The notes beneath the pieces were generated by a model, which was not told where the DNA came from, did not search any database, and worked only from the letters and a program-made list of their open reading frames with translations. Shown in pieces: positions 26,283 through 38,267 of a DNA stretch of 64,000 nucleotides. The stretch is from Octopus vulgaris (Eukaryota): positions 59,954,001-60,018,000 of the forward strand of contig OX597815.1 of assembly GCA_951406725.2 (NCBI GenBank), read 5' to 3'. The translations under genes and the position numbers were made by a program. The first letter of the stretch is position 1. Each line of letters begins with the position of its first letter.

Positions 26283-26319
26283 TTTCTGCTACTTGGATAT
26301 AGGTGTTATATTCGTCGTA

Positions 26320-26365
26320 AAAACTTTCCTGTCACACACTCACGCACACGCACACACACACACAC

Positions 26366-26421
<56 letters not shown>

Positions 26422-26844
26422 ACACGCACGTTAGCTTACAATTTTATTTATATATTTGCGTGTCTATGTGTGGAAAGAGGAAGTGGGAGGCAGAGTGAAA
26501 GAATCACTCACTACAGTAAGTGAATTACTTTCATTTTATTCGTTGCCCACTGTGTGTGTGCGTTTGCGTGCGGTGTAAACCAGACTAAGAAAAGCATTTG
26601 ACACACACACCAGAATGTGAGTTTTCTGTAAATTTTGCTTAATTGGAGTTAAAATTTAAAAAACTGGACCTGGCATGACGCGATGCATTGTACTCTTAAA
26701 AATGCAAGGTAAATTGTAATTGAAGAAATCCTATATTGTAGATTTGTATAACTCCCAAAGGGAGGCAGATTAAATCTGCCTTTTAAAAACTTTCCTGTCA
26801 CACACTCACGCACACGCACACACACACACACGCGCACACTCACA

Positions 26845-26875
<31 letters not shown>

Positions 26876-27245
26876 TCACACACACGCACGTTAGCTTACA
26901 ATTTTATTTATATATTTGCGTGTCTATGTGTGGAAAGAGGAAGTGGGAGGCAGAGTGAAAGAATCACTCACTACAGTAAGTGAATTACTTTCATTTTATT
27001 CGTTGCCCACTGTGTGTGTGCGTTTGCGTGTGGTGTAAACCAGACTAAGAAAAGCATTTGACACACACACCAGAATGTGAGTTTTCTGTAAATTTTGCTT
27101 AATTGGAGTTAAAATTTTAAAAACTGGACCTGGCATGACGCGATGCATTGTACTCTTAAAAATGCTAGGTAAATTGTAATTGAAGAAATCCTATATTGTA
27201 GATTTGTATAACTCCCAAAGGGAGGCAGATAAAATCTGCCTTTTA
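26320..27245. repeat. Tandem duplication of the ~465-bp Helitron 5' module
   Basis: aaactttcctgtcacacactcacgc...ggcagat.aaatctgcctttt occurs twice here but once in copy 2. Confidence 0.9.
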
Positions 27246-27284
27246 TAATAAGAGATAATCGTAACCCTGGATACAAGCAAGCAA

Positions 27285-27354
<70 letters not shown>

Positions 27355-27375
27355 ATTATTATTATTATTATTATT
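27285..27375. repeat. (CTA)n(ATT)n microsatellite
   Basis: Directly visible. Confidence 0.95.
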
Positions 27376-28063
27376 CATTCTTTTATTAGCCACAAGGGCT
27401 CACATAAAATAACATTAAAGGACATGTAACAACATAAAAGACAGAAACGGGACAATACAATGGGTTTTCCGCGTGTAAACAAAGCATAACAATAAAAGAT
27501 CAAACAAATTAAAATTTCCAATAGGGGAGGCGCTTTAAGGTCCTCGTTGAAAAATCCAGAAAAGCCACTGGTACCTGAACAACAGGGCGAGAGCCTTTCT
27601 CTTTTAATTCCTTTTTTTTTTTAAAGGTACACGCTCAGAATTGGCCCTTCCACACTGGCCATTCTTCTAACATTCACCCACCTTTCAAAACTTGGAATCA
27701 ATATATAAGGAGCGTATATGGTATATACACGCTGCATATTAGCTAATATACAAGGTGTATATAAGAGAGTTTCATCTTCCAACTCATTTCCTTCCTAGCA
27801 TGTAATGTCGTGTCCTTGAATATAATTCGTCAATAAATTGTAACATTGATAGTTCTGATATAAAAATTAAGAAGTTATTGTTTCTCGCATTGCATTTTCT
27901 GTTTTTTTTCTTCTTTTGTCGATTAGGGTGTCATGTGTGGCAAGGGTATGATGGTTTTTTGAAGAAAGACAAATTTTGGCACTTAGTGAAATAATTTCCT
28001 TCTTTATAATCATTCTCTGAGTAATAATTTTTCGATTCCACCTAAGTCTAACCACCTAATGGT

Positions 28064-28151
28064 ATTGACCAAAGTCCAGCGTACGATATAATTGGTCAGT
28101 TAAATTTAAATTTAACTGACCAATTATATCGTACGCTGGACTTTGGTCAAT
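28064..28151. repeat. Perfect 88-bp palindrome with no spacer
   Basis: attgaccaaagtccagcgtacgatataattggtcagttaaattt|aaatttaactgaccaattatatcgtacgctggactttggtcaat. Confidence 0.95.
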
Positions 28152-28827
28152 CCCATTACAGGTAATAGGTGGTTGGACTTTACAACATATCAGTAAGTAA
28201 ATAATTGAAATTAATTGTTGAGCACTTTATTATGATAAACTACTAATTATTACTATAAACATAATTATTAAGAAATATGATTACTTCAAAACGTTATGGC
28301 ACTCTCACTCCTCTTTGTCTAAACCTATTGGCGTATCCTGCTATTGTAAATTTTTAATTTTTACTTTTTTATTATTTATCCACTCTGTCACCCCTATAGA
28401 AAATTAATTAACCAATTAATATTTTAAGCCTTTAATCTTCCTCTCGAGGCTCTTCTTTTCTTTTCTTTTCTTTTATGTATATATTTTTCTTCACTCTGAT
28501 GAAGCTCCATGCTCCAGATCGGATGTATTACCAAATATGATGAATATTATTTTTTATATTTTCAGTGGCAATACCATATAACATTGTAAGTAGAAACAGG
28601 TGTTATATGGGATACAGTCTATTTCTTTTGTTGTTGATCAATGTTTCTCCATTTTCTGTTTATTTTAAATTTGATTCCTGATAAATTCATGTTTATCTTT
28701 GTCATTACCTGTAACCTATGAGCATAATATGCCTGCATATGTATGTTCAGGGTTAACATAGGTAATTATACTGGTAGTACAACGGATATTATCCCTTAGA
28801 CGGTTATTCCAACCTCTAACTCTACTA

Positions 28828-28920
<93 letters not shown>

Positions 28921-29089
28921 TCAGATTGAGTAAAAAGTAAGCAACGTTTTGAACCATGAAGAATTCGTACAGGATTTTTGTCGAGTTTTGAATTTAAACA
29001 TTTTTTGCAACTGCCTGATAATACAGCTATAGGCTTGCCCAAATGAATCAATAAATTAACATTGGTATTTTTTTCACTGTTGTTACAAT

Positions 29090-30750
29090 CAGCATTTTTG
29101 AAATTGAGTTGCTGAAGTTGAGTTGTATTTGTGAGTTGAAGTGAATTTATTGTTGATTACTGCTGTTGTTAATACCGTTGTTATTATCGTTTGTTATACC
29201 GTTAATTTTTGTGTTGTTAAACTATCACATTGAGGAAAATGGAGATGGCGCCAGCGGGCGGCCACTGCTATGCAGCCGTAACTGGAAGAAGAGCAGATAA
29301 GGAAGCATTAGAGACCTTTGAAATAAAGGTCGAGCCCAGGAAGATGAAGGCTAGTGAGAAGCTGCTGAAAAAGGAAGGCGAGAAGATAAAGTTGACGCCA
29401 CCAGAGGAACTAATGAACAGCGTTAGGAAGAAGACGGTGACCTACAAGACCATGAAGGTTTGCCATAAGAAGAATCGAGATAGCAACTGTGGAGGAGATT
29501 GAGAAGGTACTGGAAAGTATGAAAAATGTGATAACCTTCAGAGCAAGAGGCAGGAAATATGCCACTATAGATGTACGTTTCACATCGGAAGAGGAAGCTG
29601 TGAGGTATGCTACGGAGGCAATCCGCTCAGAAGAATGGATTCTTCTGCCATCCTATTGCGGCAAACGTGTGGCGAGAGTGCGGGTAGGCCAGGTGCCCCC
29701 GGAGCTGGAGGAGGCATGTCTAATGACGGCCATTATGTATAACATGGAAGACGGGGCCAGAATACTGAAGGCCACCAAAACAAACAAGTTGGACTACTGG
29801 GGCTATGGGTTGGAGTTAACAATCCAGGCAACATAATAACAGAGGAGATAGTGTTACCTGACGGGTTTTCACTAAGAATGAAGGTGGAGGGAAGACCGCC
29901 TGTGTGTTACGAATGTGGCGAAAAGGGACACATGAAGGCGAGATGCCCACGAAAAGAACAGTGAGAGACTAAAGAAAATGTCGAACAGGCAGTAACAGTT
30001 GAGAATAATGAGAAAACAGATGAAGAAGAATTCATGCTGGTGGAAAGAAAAAGAAGGAGGAGCGGTAGGGTAACCCTGCCGCCCACTAACCAAAAAAAGA
30101 AGAAAGAAGAGGTGGAAAAGAAAGAGGTGACGAGAAAGAAAGATGATAAAAGTGAGACGGAAAAGGAAAGTGAACAAATAATTAAGGTGTGTGACAATGA
30201 GTCAGAGAAGGAAGAAGCAAGTATGAGGATGACAGATGACTTGACGGAAGACTTAGGAACTTAACTACAAGAGGGTGAGATGGAGAAGCTGTTTACAGTG
30301 GAGACGGAGAAAGGGAAAGTACCAGACTCAGAGAAGAGTATAGAGGAGCTTCTGATAGGAAAGGTAGTAAAGGGAGAAAGGAGAAGACCGAAAGGAGGTA
30401 AGAACAATAGGAATTTTGTGACCTATTCTAAGAACAAGGAGGTGGATAGAAAAAATCGCAAAGTTCAAACACATCATAAGAGTAAAGTTACCCAACGACG
30501 TATACCCAGAGAGTGTGAAGGCTATGGTGGTCGACAGGGAAACCTATAAGAAACTTAGAGACATGTGCGGAAGTAGGATTGACCCAGCCGGAGCATTAGT
30601 GAGCTGCCATTGATTTGTTAGAACTTGAGCCATATATGAGACGTTAAAAGGAAAAAAATTAATTACTTGTTTTTTTTTTTTAAAAAAAAAGGGAAAAAAA
30701 GAAAGGAAAAAGTTTTTGATAAAAACGATAATTAAGAAAAAAAACAAAAG
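29090..30750 (+). mobile_element. Tx1/L1-like ORF1 (gag-like, CCHC knuckle) pseudogene with no ORF2
   Basis: Frameshifted ORF from ~29240; zinc knuckle PVCYECGEKGHMKARCP at ~29900-29950; E/K-rich tail; A-rich end ~30680-30750. Confidence 0.7.
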
Positions 30751-30999
30751 ATAGTGACTGTGTGTACAAACGTTCAAATGGTACTGCATGAGGAGTGGGG
30801 CCGATGCAGCCATTCATTTTCATTATTATATAATATTCATACTCATTCGTTTGTGTTTTTGCCCCCACTGTGGTGTTGTATCTGTCCTTGTAGTGTCCCC
30901 TCTGTGTTAGTGGCCTGAGTGCCAAAATAAAGAAAATGTTACAATCATCTGAACTGACTCGTTCGTGAATGTTGTTTGTGGCGTTGTTCGAAAAATTTG

Positions 31000-31630
31000 G
31001 GGTAAGTTGTAATATATTTGTGGTTAATTTGTTAGATTTGCACTGTTGAATTATTAATTTGTTGAACTTTTGTTGAGTGTTTTTTAAACACCCATTTTTC
31101 TGATTGTGGCAGTCCTTTGTTAACGTTTCTTCCCTTGTGGGAAGGGGTAAAATATTATTATAATTTCCGTGGCGCATTTAATTTCAGCTATGGATAAACC
31201 TCCAGTAAAAGGCAGGTCCAACGAGGAACCTGGTTCGAGCAAAAGTACCAAAAATACAGCCAACTTCGTAAATTGCGAAAGCAGTTCTGTTTTAAAAAGC
31301 ATGCCAACAGGCGATGAATTTATAAATGAAAAAAAAAACAAAACAAAAAACAACGAATTTTGCAGCAGTCGTAGGTGTAATACTAAAAAATCTAAAATGT
31401 GACCACGACGAATTAACGAAATACAAAGGAATGATAAAAAAGGGGAGTAGCAAAACTAAAATTACCTCTTGCATTGAGAAAACGCATAAAGCTCTTCGAT
31501 ATACCATAACTTTATAAATCGCTTTTGTTAAAAACTAAAAATTTGGGCATGGCCAGCAAAGAAGCAGTCGAGTTGTGTCTGAAATCAGTATGGAACGACG
31601 TGGAATACCTTACAAGAGTAAACAAGAGAG
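31000..31630 (+). mobile_element. 5' fragment of a related LINE ORF1
   Basis: LGMASKEAVELCLKSVWNDVEYLTRVNK resembles IATVEEIEKVLESMKNVITFRARG in the 29 kb ORF1. Confidence 0.45.
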
Positions 31631-31738
31631 ATAGTGACAGGCAGAAACAAGGAAAATGCCTCTTGTATTTGAATACTATGCAAATATTGTTTTAAAAAAC
31701 TTTTCTTTTAACTTTTCCAAAATGTAATTGTTTTCCAT

Positions 31739-31783
31739 ATTTACAGTTGAAAAAGACTCAATGACTGAAACCAGTCCTGAAAT
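31739..31783 (+). ncRNA. Hammerhead-like motif with U3:A8 core
   Basis: ATTT-A-CAG TTGAAAA AGAC-tcaat-GACT GAAA CCAG TC CTG-AAAT; one mismatch in stem II; GUC triplet. Confidence 0.55.
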
Positions 31784-31851
31784 TACTTTAGCTTTTTCTA
31801 CCTTGACTTTTTTCTCGTGTGTTCAACTCGTGTGTTCCTTTTCAACCTTGT

Positions 31852-31924
<73 letters not shown>

Positions 31925-31927
<3 letters not shown>

Positions 31928-32885
31928 TTCAATAACCGCACCTTGAGTTTTAGGCACTGGAACAAAAGAAAAGCGACAAAATTATCTAATCATATTTGGT
32001 CTTTAAAAGATAAAGGTGTCGATTATAACATCCATTGGAAGATTTTGGCCAAATGTAAGCCCTACACCAACGGCAGCGGAAAGTGCGGTCTATGCAACAT
32101 GGAGAGATGGCTTATCTGGAAAAGCAGCTTAGACCCTACTACACGTCTAAACTCAAGGACAGAACTTTTCGGATCATGCCTACATGTGACAAAATTGTTG
32201 TTACGTTTTTGGTCCCCTAAAGAAAACAGATAGAACTTGCTTTCTATATTATGTCCCAAAAAGTTTTTTTTATCGCATTATACCTTTTATTATTTCATAT
32301 ATTTTTATATTTTCACACATATTAATTTTTTCTGTACTTTTCTATCCTGCATTTTTTCCTGTGCCTATATAGACGTGTATATAGATTTATTTGTACACGT
32401 GTGTGAATATGTATGAGTGGGCAGTTTTAGATGTGTGCGTATGTGCGGGCATAAGAATGCATATATATAGATGTTTTTACTTAGTATTTTTCCATTTTTT
32501 AAGGTTTTTTTTTTTGGGGGGGGGGGCATATGTATATTCATTTTTCGTATCTGCGTGTGTATGTATGCGTATATAAACATGTGCGGGTATGTACATATAT
32601 GGGCGTGTGTGTGTATGAGTGCATAAGGGCATGTCCGTATATGAACGTGGTTTTTATGCTTTGTATACTTCCTTATGTTTTTTTTCTGTTACCTTTAACC
32701 ATGGTTTTTCTTGTGCTTGTGCGTATATAAACGTATGTATGAACTTTTACGGTACGCATGTGTGTGTGTATAAGTTTGTATATATATGCGTATATATTTG
32801 GCGAAAAATGCGAGTGAAGATGTGTACGTTTTCATAGTGACGTATAAGTATGCACGTGGGTCCGCGAGCGCACACGTGAGCGTAT
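31925..32885 (+). mobile_element. Penelope-like 3' fragment (GIY-YIG C-terminus to 32233 plus 3' non-coding region)
   Basis: SFRH..KATKLSNHIWSLKDKGVDYNIHWKILAKCKPYTNGSGKCGLCNMER..RLNSRTELFGSCLH. Confidence 0.85.
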
Positions 32886-33929
32886 GACTCTTTCCACTGC
32901 GAGGGAATTCTTCCCTCATCTAGATAGTGCGTAAATCGCTCAGCGAGGATTTTCCAGAGCTGCTCTCTGCCTGACTTTAGCACCTCCGATGTTATACCGT
33001 CTTTCCCTGGAGCCTTTCCATTTTTCATCGAGCCGATGGCTCTTTCAACCTCACTGACAAGGATAGGTGGCACGTTTTCTTCCTGTTGGAGTGGTAGTAA
33101 CGGCTGGACATTTCTGGTAGACTTAAAGAGCTTGGTGTAGAAGTCTTCGCAAACTTTTTCTATCTCGCTCTTCTCGTTGACCGGTATTCCATTTGTATTT
33201 TTCAGGGCCGTCACCTCCGATCTATATAGTACCATGTCCCTCTTGCATTTCTTGAGGCTCTTCTTTTCCTCTGCGGCCTTCAAGAGCTTCTCCATCCGGT
33301 ATGCCTCAAAGTCTTTCTTTAGTTGCTGACGAATCACTCTGTTGAGAATGGAATATTCAAGGTGATCTTCAATAGTCCTCTTCATATTTTTCCTCTTCTC
33401 GAGTAACTTCGTAGTTTCTTCCGAGATTCTTCCCTTCTTTTCTCTTGGGCATACTCCCTTAGCCTTCCTTAAACACTCCTTCAGTTTCCCTATCAGTGAG
33501 TTGTAGTCATCGTCTATGTCTCCTTGGCATCAGTCTTCCTGCATGATGGCTTCCTGCAGCTTTGCCTCGTTGTAGACTCGGACACGTTTTCACCTCGACG
33601 CCAAATACAGCGCCATCTTCTCCCTCTTCCCGTCGATGACGACCCTCGCCCTTACCAGACGATGATCGCTGCCGGTGTTGAATGGCGTCACGACGGAGGC
33701 GTCATGTAATATGTGTCGCTTATCAACCAGGATGTAGTCGATCTCGCTTCGGTGCTTAGAGTTCGGCGATATCCAGGTCCATCTCTTCCTCTCCCTCTTC
33801 CTGAATAGGCTGTTTCCGATGTAGAGCCGCCTCGCCTCTGCCATGGTAGCCAAACGTTCTCCTCTCTCGTTTCTCTCTCCCATGCCGAATCTCCCGACGT
33901 ACTCCTCTCCTTGTCATCCATGTCCAACC
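32886..33929 (-). mobile_element. RTE-clade LINE fragment (APE C-terminal half to RT start)
   Basis: GRFGMGERNERGERL, WTWISPN..EIDYILV, TGSDHRLVRA, MKNGKAPGKDGITSE, IPSQWKES. Confidence 0.9.
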
Positions 33930-34459
33930 TGCACGTCAATCGGGCCACTCCATGACGGCGAGTGCAACTCGAGCGACGAGAGGCTGCTAAGAATCACAGG
34001 TTCCCGAGGGCCGTCATGGAAGAGGACTAAACTTGCCATATACACCTACAATTGCAGGTCCATAACAGGGTGGCAAGAACTGAACCACCTAATGGAGGAG
34101 AGGAAGAAGATCAGGTGCGACGTTCTAGGGCTGTGCGAGACACGATGGAAGAAGGAAGCGAGTATACGATGGCAAGATGGATGCACTGTGAGATTAGGGA
34201 GAGCAGAATGTGCTAGATCGGTCGGAGGTATCGGATTCATCGTAAGTAAGGAATGGGCTTCGAGGGTCGCTTCTTGCCACTTCATATCATCACTGATTGG
34301 TATACTAAATGTGAACCTCTCAGGGAAGGCCACCCTCAAGATTGTCAAGACCTATGCTCCCACAAGTGCCAGCGACGACGACGAGGTGGAAGAATTCCAT
34401 CGACAACTAGACAAAGGGCTGGCTATAAAGTCCACTTACACTGTCGTGATAGGAGACTT

Positions 34460-34463
<4 letters not shown>
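33930..34463 (+). mobile_element. Inverted 5' part of the same RTE LINE (APE N-terminal half)
   Basis: IYTYNCRSI, DVLGLCETR, GGIGFIV, YAPTS, VVIGDFN. Confidence 0.9.
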
Positions 34464-34541
<78 letters not shown>

Positions 34542-35046
34542 TATATATATATATACATATATATATACTAATATATACATATATATATATACTAGCAGTA
34601 TCGCCCAGCGTTGCTCGGGTTTGTAAGGGAAATAATTATATAAGCATTTTTAGAGATGTAAAGTATAATAGCCATCTCAATATGGCTAACCACAAAGGGG
34701 GAGGGGTGTTACTGTAGCTTTTTACGTTCTGAGATTTAATAATAAATTTTAGAGAGTTACTTCCCTTATATATGTCAAAAATGGATTAAAAATGGGAAAA
34801 ATTGATGGTAAATTTTTTTTTTAATCGTAGACTCATCGTAGACGCGCGCTAATACCCAGACAGTCTCGATATGAATCACGACTATAAGATACCCGGTTTT
34901 GGTTAAACTGCACCGCAAAATGTGGGAGTAGTTAGGAATCTAAATCGTAGGAGACAGACACACAACCTCACTTTTATATATAAAGATTTCCTCTATTTAC
35001 ATAATATTGAGGTCTCTTTCTTTCTTTTGTTATCTTACTGTTTTTA

Positions 35047-35098
<52 letters not shown>

Positions 35099-35307
35099 TA
35101 TATATAGTTACAGAGATGTACTTGCATAGCAAGTGACTTGATCGTGTGACTGAGATCGTGTGCAAGAACGAAAACAGTTGCAGCGTTGAAGGTGTTTATA
35201 AGCCATTTAAGAAACACACAAAAACCGTTAGATTCACTTCAACATTTAAATTTAATTTGTGAAAATATTTTCGTCGCTTTGAGACCGCGACCTGTTAGCA
35301 CGATATT

Positions 35308-35358
35308 TTTGTCAGTGAACAGGTCGCGGTCTGAAAGCGACGAAAATATTTTGGCAAA
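35308..35358 (+). ncRNA. G3:C8 hammerhead, copy within Helitron copy 2
   Basis: Same sequence as 25495-25545. Confidence 0.72.
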
Positions 35359-35802
35359 TTAAATTTAAATGTTGAAGTGAATGTAACGGTTTTTGTGTGT
35401 TTCTTAAATGGCTTACAAACACCTTCCACGCTGCAATATATATATACACACATATATATATATGTATGTATGTATGTATGTGTGTATATGTGTATGCATG
35501 TATGTGTGTGTGTGTGCGTGTCTGTGCTTGTGATTGTCCTCCACCACTGCTTGACAACGAATGTTGGTTTGTTTACATCCCTGTCACCTAGTGGTTTGAC
35601 AAAGGAAACAGATAGAATAAGTACAATGCTTACAAAAATAAAACTGGAGTTGATTCATTAAACTACAATTCTTCAAGGCATTGCCCCAGCATGGCCACAG
35701 ACCAATGGCTGGAAAAAGCAGAAGAATAAAAGAATACATTCTCTGCTTTGGTCATATGTTGAAGGCATGAGAAAGCTTGAGTTTACATGAGAAGGCCTAA
35801 CA

Positions 35803-36280
35803 GACCTGGTAGAAACAGCAGCCAAATCTCCCTCAAATCACACCTTACTGTCTTATGTATGTATATATATATGAGCCAATGAGGGGGCCTCTACATGGTA
35901 GCTAGACCTGGTAGAAATAGCAGCCAAATTTCCCCTAAATCACACCTTACTGTCTTATCTATGTATATATGTATGTATGAGCCTATGAGGGAGACCCCTA
36001 CATGGCAGCTAGACCTGGTAGAAATAGCAGCCAAATTTCCCCCAAATCACACCTTACTGTCTTATCTATGTATATATGTATGTATGAGCCTATGAGGGAG
36101 ACCCCTACATGGCAGCTAGACCTGGTAGAAATAGCAGCCAAATTTCCCCCAAATCACACCTTACTGTCTTATCTATGTATATATGTATGTATGAGCCTAT
36201 GAGGGAGACCCCTACATGGCAGCTAGACATGGTAGAAATAGCAGCCAAATCTCCCTCAAATCACACCTTACTGTCTTATC
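35803..36280. repeat. ~107-bp tandem repeat, 5 units (last partial)
   Basis: Same unit as at 26016, with two more copies. Confidence 0.9.
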
Positions 36281-36963
36281 TTTCTGCTACTTGGATATAG
36301 GTGTTATATTCGTCGTAAAAAAACTTTCCTGTCACACACTCACGCACACGCACACACACACACACGCACCCTCACACACACACACACGCGCACACCCACA
36401 CACACCCACTCACACACACGCACGTTAGCTTACAATTTTATTTATATATTTGCGTGTCTGTGTGGAAAGAGGAAGTGGGAGGCAGAGTGAAAGAATCACT
36501 CACTACAGTAAGTCAATTACTTTCATTTTATTCGTTGCCCACTGTGTGTGTGCGTTTGCGTGTGCTGTAAACCAGACTAAGAAAAGCATTTGACACACAC
36601 ACCAGAATGTGAGTTTTCTGTAAATTTTGCTTAACTGGAGTTTAAATTTTAAAAACTGGACCTGGCATGACGCGATGCATTGTACTCTTAAAAATGCAAG
36701 GTAAATTGTAATTGAAGAAATCCTATATTGTAGATTTGTATAACTCCCAATATGGATGCAGATAAAATCTGCCTTTTATAATAAGAGATATATATTAATT
36801 GTTATCACCATATTAATATGGCAGTCTTATAGATATAAGACTAAAAGCTGTCGCTGATTAGCTCCATGAGGCCATCGCCTTAAGATAGCTATTTGACACA
36901 CAAACTGTGTCCATTATAACCTTCGAACAAGGGAGGTCAGCCACTTCACACTGCCAGCAGACA

Positions 36964-37006
36964 GCTACAGACGCGTTTCAGGGTATTTGCCCTTTGTCAA
37001 TGTAGC
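36964..37006 (-). ncRNA. Type-I hammerhead with U3:A8 core (left arm)
   Basis: Reverse complement of 37194-37236. Confidence 0.78.
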
Positions 37007-37193
37007 GTAGTCAGACCCAGCAGGTGTCACCACCGATCGTCTCTGTTCGAAGGTTTTATTTACCTAGTTTAGAGAGACTTAGTAATTTTAATATTTCTAT
37101 TATTGAAAACAAGTGGATGTATTCCACCGAAACTAGGTAAATAAAACCTTCGAACAGAGACGATCAGTGGCGACACCTGCTGGGTCTGACTAC

Positions 37194-37236
37194 GCTACAT
37201 TGACAAAGGGCAAATACCCTGAAACGCGTCTGTAGC
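37194..37236 (+). ncRNA. Type-I hammerhead with U3:A8 core (right arm)
   Basis: GCTACA TTGACAA AGGG-caaata-CCCT GAAA CGCG TC TGTAGC: perfect 6-bp stem I, 4-bp stem II, palindromic ACGCGT stem III, GUC triplet. Confidence 0.8.
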
Positions 37237-37465
37237 TGTCTGACTGGCAGTGTGAAGTGGCTGACCTCCCTTGTTCGAAGGTTATAATGGACACATTTTG
37301 TGTGTCAAATAGCTATCTTAAGGCGATGGCCTCATGGAGCTAATCAGCGACAGCTTTTAGTCTTATATCTATAAGACTGCCATATTAATATGGCGATAAC
37401 AATTAATTTCCAGTAACGCTGCCGTAATCTCTTTTAGAGAGACTTAGTAATTTTAATATTTCTAT

Positions 37466-37539
<74 letters not shown>

Positions 37540-37544
37540 GCATA

Positions 37545-38104
37545 TATGGGTACAGGGCGTCACCAACTGTGTAAACAACATGAAATACGAAAACGAACGA
37601 GTTAAATACGCAAACGACGAGAGAAAAAATGGAAAACGGGACAAGTAAACACAGAGAACGACCTTTCATCAATTGTCGGGTGTCTGTCAACTCGTTTCGA
37701 ACATTCAACGACAATAGTCTTCAAAGACAGTTGCGCTCATAAATTCCAAAATAAAATTTAGGATTTATGGAGGGTCAAAGTTGGGAGCAAAAGCAGGACA
37801 TTCGAGACATACAAGGAAATCGAACGAAAACAAACATGGAGGGTCGTTAGACTAGAGCGAGAGGAAAATAGTGAACGATGGGAGAAATATTTTTTAAAAA
37901 AAGAAAATACATAGAAGAGAGAAAGAAAACGACCGTGCAGGAAAAGAAAGATGGTCACGGGAGGAAAAGAAAGATGGACGGTGGTTACGTTTGAGCAACG
38001 AGAGAGAAAAAAGAAAGAGGGAGAGAGAGACAGATAGAAAATGGTGAAAGGGAGAAGAGGGGAATTAGGGAAGGATGGAGAAAGAAAAGAATAAAGAGTA
38101 GAGT
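37545..38104. mobile_element. Non-coding repeat with architecture like 8142-8970 (PLE pLTR-like)
   Basis: Minus-strand TTCGAAACGAGTTGACAG...TTGATGAAAGG motifs, with a purine-rich segment on the plus strand. Confidence 0.45.
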
Positions 38105-38263
38105 CACGACGGGCTTCTTTCACTTTCCGTCTACCAAATCTACTCACAAGGCTTTGGTCAACCCTAGGCTATTGTAGAAGACACTTGTCCAAGTTGCCAC
38201 GCAGTGGGACTGAACCCGGAACCATGTGGCTGGTAAGCAAACTATTTACCACAGAGTCACTCC
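38105..38263 (-). mobile_element. tRNA-derived SINE 5' half
   Basis: AGGAGTGACTCTGTGGTAAA (A box), GGTTCAGTCCC (B box), CTTGGACAAGTGTCTT body. Confidence 0.85.
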
Positions 38264-38267
38264 TGCG

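Larger units (their letters stand above)
24791..27255 (-). mobile_element. Composite non-autonomous Helitron, copy 1 (2465 bp)
   Basis: Minus strand starts A|TCTCTTATTATAAAAGGCAG (27255) and ends CCCGAGCAACGCCGGGCGATACTGCTAG|T (24791); the block is duplicated at 34592-36788 with the same ends and different flanks. Confidence 0.8.
34592..36788 (-). mobile_element. Composite non-autonomous Helitron, copy 2 (2197 bp)
   Basis: Same TC (36788) and CTAG (34592) ends and same module order as 24791-27255; left flank is (TA)n. Confidence 0.8.
36795..37468. mobile_element. Fold-back hammerhead element (arms 36795-37070 and 37130-37406) plus a ~35-bp direct repeat; PLE pLTR-derived
   Basis: ~276-bp near-perfect inverted arms; ttagagagacttagtaattttaatatttctattat at ~37069 and ~37434. 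Confidence 0.8.

Noticed and set aside
35803-36280. Regularly spaced repeats resembling a CRISPR array
   Set aside because: Whole 107-bp units repeat with no unique spacers, there are no cas genes, and the context is eukaryotic.
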